DNA of 64,000 nucleotides from positions 2,748 through 66,747 of the forward strand of contig CACANC010000003.1 of NCBI GenBank assembly GCA_902533755.1, given 5' to 3'. Below, piece by piece: positions 63,146 to 64,000 of the stretch. The DNA comes from an uncultured PS1 clade bacterium (GTDB taxonomy: Bacteria > Pseudomonadota > Alphaproteobacteria > MED-G09). The number at the start of each line of letters is the position of its first letter. Within the stretch, counting starts at the first letter, position 1. Below the pieces are notes generated by a model. That model did not search any database. It was not told the DNA's origin and was given only the letters and a program-made list of their open reading frames with translations. The position numbers and the translations under genes are program-made.

Positions 63146-64000
63146 ATGAAAAAAATCTATATTTTTCTTATTGCTTGTTTTTTAATTACTACAAGTAATG
63201 TGATCGCTGACGAAGGCGATATTCAGTCTAGTTCGTCAAATAATAATATATCAAGTTCTAGTCTTGAAGAGATAGTTGTGACTGCAAGAAAAAGAGAGGA
63301 AAGCCTTTTGGATATTCCTGAATCTGTAGTGGCCATATCAGGAGACACTATTACACAGCATAATATGAAAACTCTTGATAAGATTGGAATGACAGTTCCT
63401 AATTTCAATCTTAATACAAGAACAGATGGCTGGCCAAATGTAACAATGAGAGGCCTTGGCGCATTTAGTTTAACTCAGGGTGTAGGTTTTTATCTTGACG
63501 ATATTCAACTTTTTGGTGATGCAACTTCACGATTTGGTGATTTAGAAAGAATTGAAATATTAAAGGGACCTCAAGGTGTATTATATGGAGGAAGTAATAT
63601 TGGTGGTGCTATTAAGTTTATAAGCACAAGACCATCTCCAGATGAAACATCAGGTCGATTGAAGTTAATGGTTGGTGAACAAAATTCGATTGATATAGAG
63701 GGTTCTATTAATATTCCAATTGGAGATGATTGGGCAATAAGGTTATTTGCTTTTTCAAGAGAAGACGATGGCTTTATGTATAATCCAAGTACAAATGACG
63801 ACAGTGTAGCTGGTTATGAAGAAAGTGGAGGGCGACTATCAATAGCTGGACCAATTTCTGATAATCTTTCTCTTTATGCTTCTATAAGATCAAATCAATA
63901 TGATGGTCCAAATAATAACTGGGCATTAGAAAGAGGTACTCCTCCAAACTTTGAATATCCATTCATAAATGATATTGATACTCCCTCTAATAATGATAAA
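63146..64000 (+). CDS. TonB-dependent outer-membrane receptor (N-terminal 285 aa; continues beyond the window)
   Basis: Not in the ORF track because there is no stop. My translation reads MKKIYIFLIACFLITTSNVIADE (signal peptide), then LEEIVVTARKREESLLDIPESVVAISGDTI...MRGLG...GVGFYLDDIQ...LERIEILKGPQGVLYGGSNIGGAIKFISTRPS. This is a plug domain. Confidence 0.85.
   Translation, partial: MKKIYIFLIACFLITTSNVIADEGDIQSSSSNNNISSSSLEEIVVTARKREESLLDIPESVVAISGDTITQHNMKTLDKIGMTVPNFNLNTRTDGWPNVTMRGLGAFSLTQGVGFYLDDIQLFGDATSRFGDLERIEILKGPQGVLYGGSNIGGAIKFISTRPSPDETSGRLKLMVGEQNSIDIEGSINIPIGDDWAIRLFAFSREDDGFMYNPSTNDDSVAGYEESGGRLSIAGPISDNLSLYASIRSNQYDGPNNNWALERGTPPNFEYPFINDIDTPSNNDK

Overview
This is a low-GC (about 30-35% by eye), very gene-dense window. 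About 65 genes fill roughly 95% of the sequence, and many adjacent genes overlap by 1-14 nt. Gene order is core alphaproteobacterial: sdhCDAB-zapE-mdh-sucCD-lpdA, priA-atpHAGDC, rpsP-trmD-rplS-leuCDB-asd, and rplU-rpmA-obg-proBA-nadD-rsfS-rlmH-ctpA-rppH. I infer a streamlined marine alphaproteobacterium that is SAR11/Pelagibacterales-like, although it carries a TonB-dependent receptor. The taxon is inference only.

I found no rRNA, tRNA, CRISPR array, transposase, prophage, toxin-antitoxin or recognisable defence genes. I also found no recognisable transcription factor or two-component gene. I therefore do not see a convincing novel multi-gene system here.

The leads most worth a second look are:
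- an orphan plus-strand three-hairpin sRNA candidate with C/U-rich anti-Shine-Dalgarno loops and a clean intrinsic terminator (about 19997-20104);
- a promoter, hairpin and U-tract attenuator-like leader in front of rpsP;
- a TCA-cycle supercluster in which lpdA follows sucD directly and sucAB is absent;
- a leaderless 956-aa FG-GAP/RTX protein that appears translationally coupled to a YjbR-like gene;
- a Xer-type recombinase with an insertion of about 90 aa;
- a TonB-receptor / Rieske-oxygenase / SDR / dienelactone-hydrolase / MBL / MFS accessory cluster at the right edge.

All product calls come from motif and family recognition in the supplied translations. No database search was possible.
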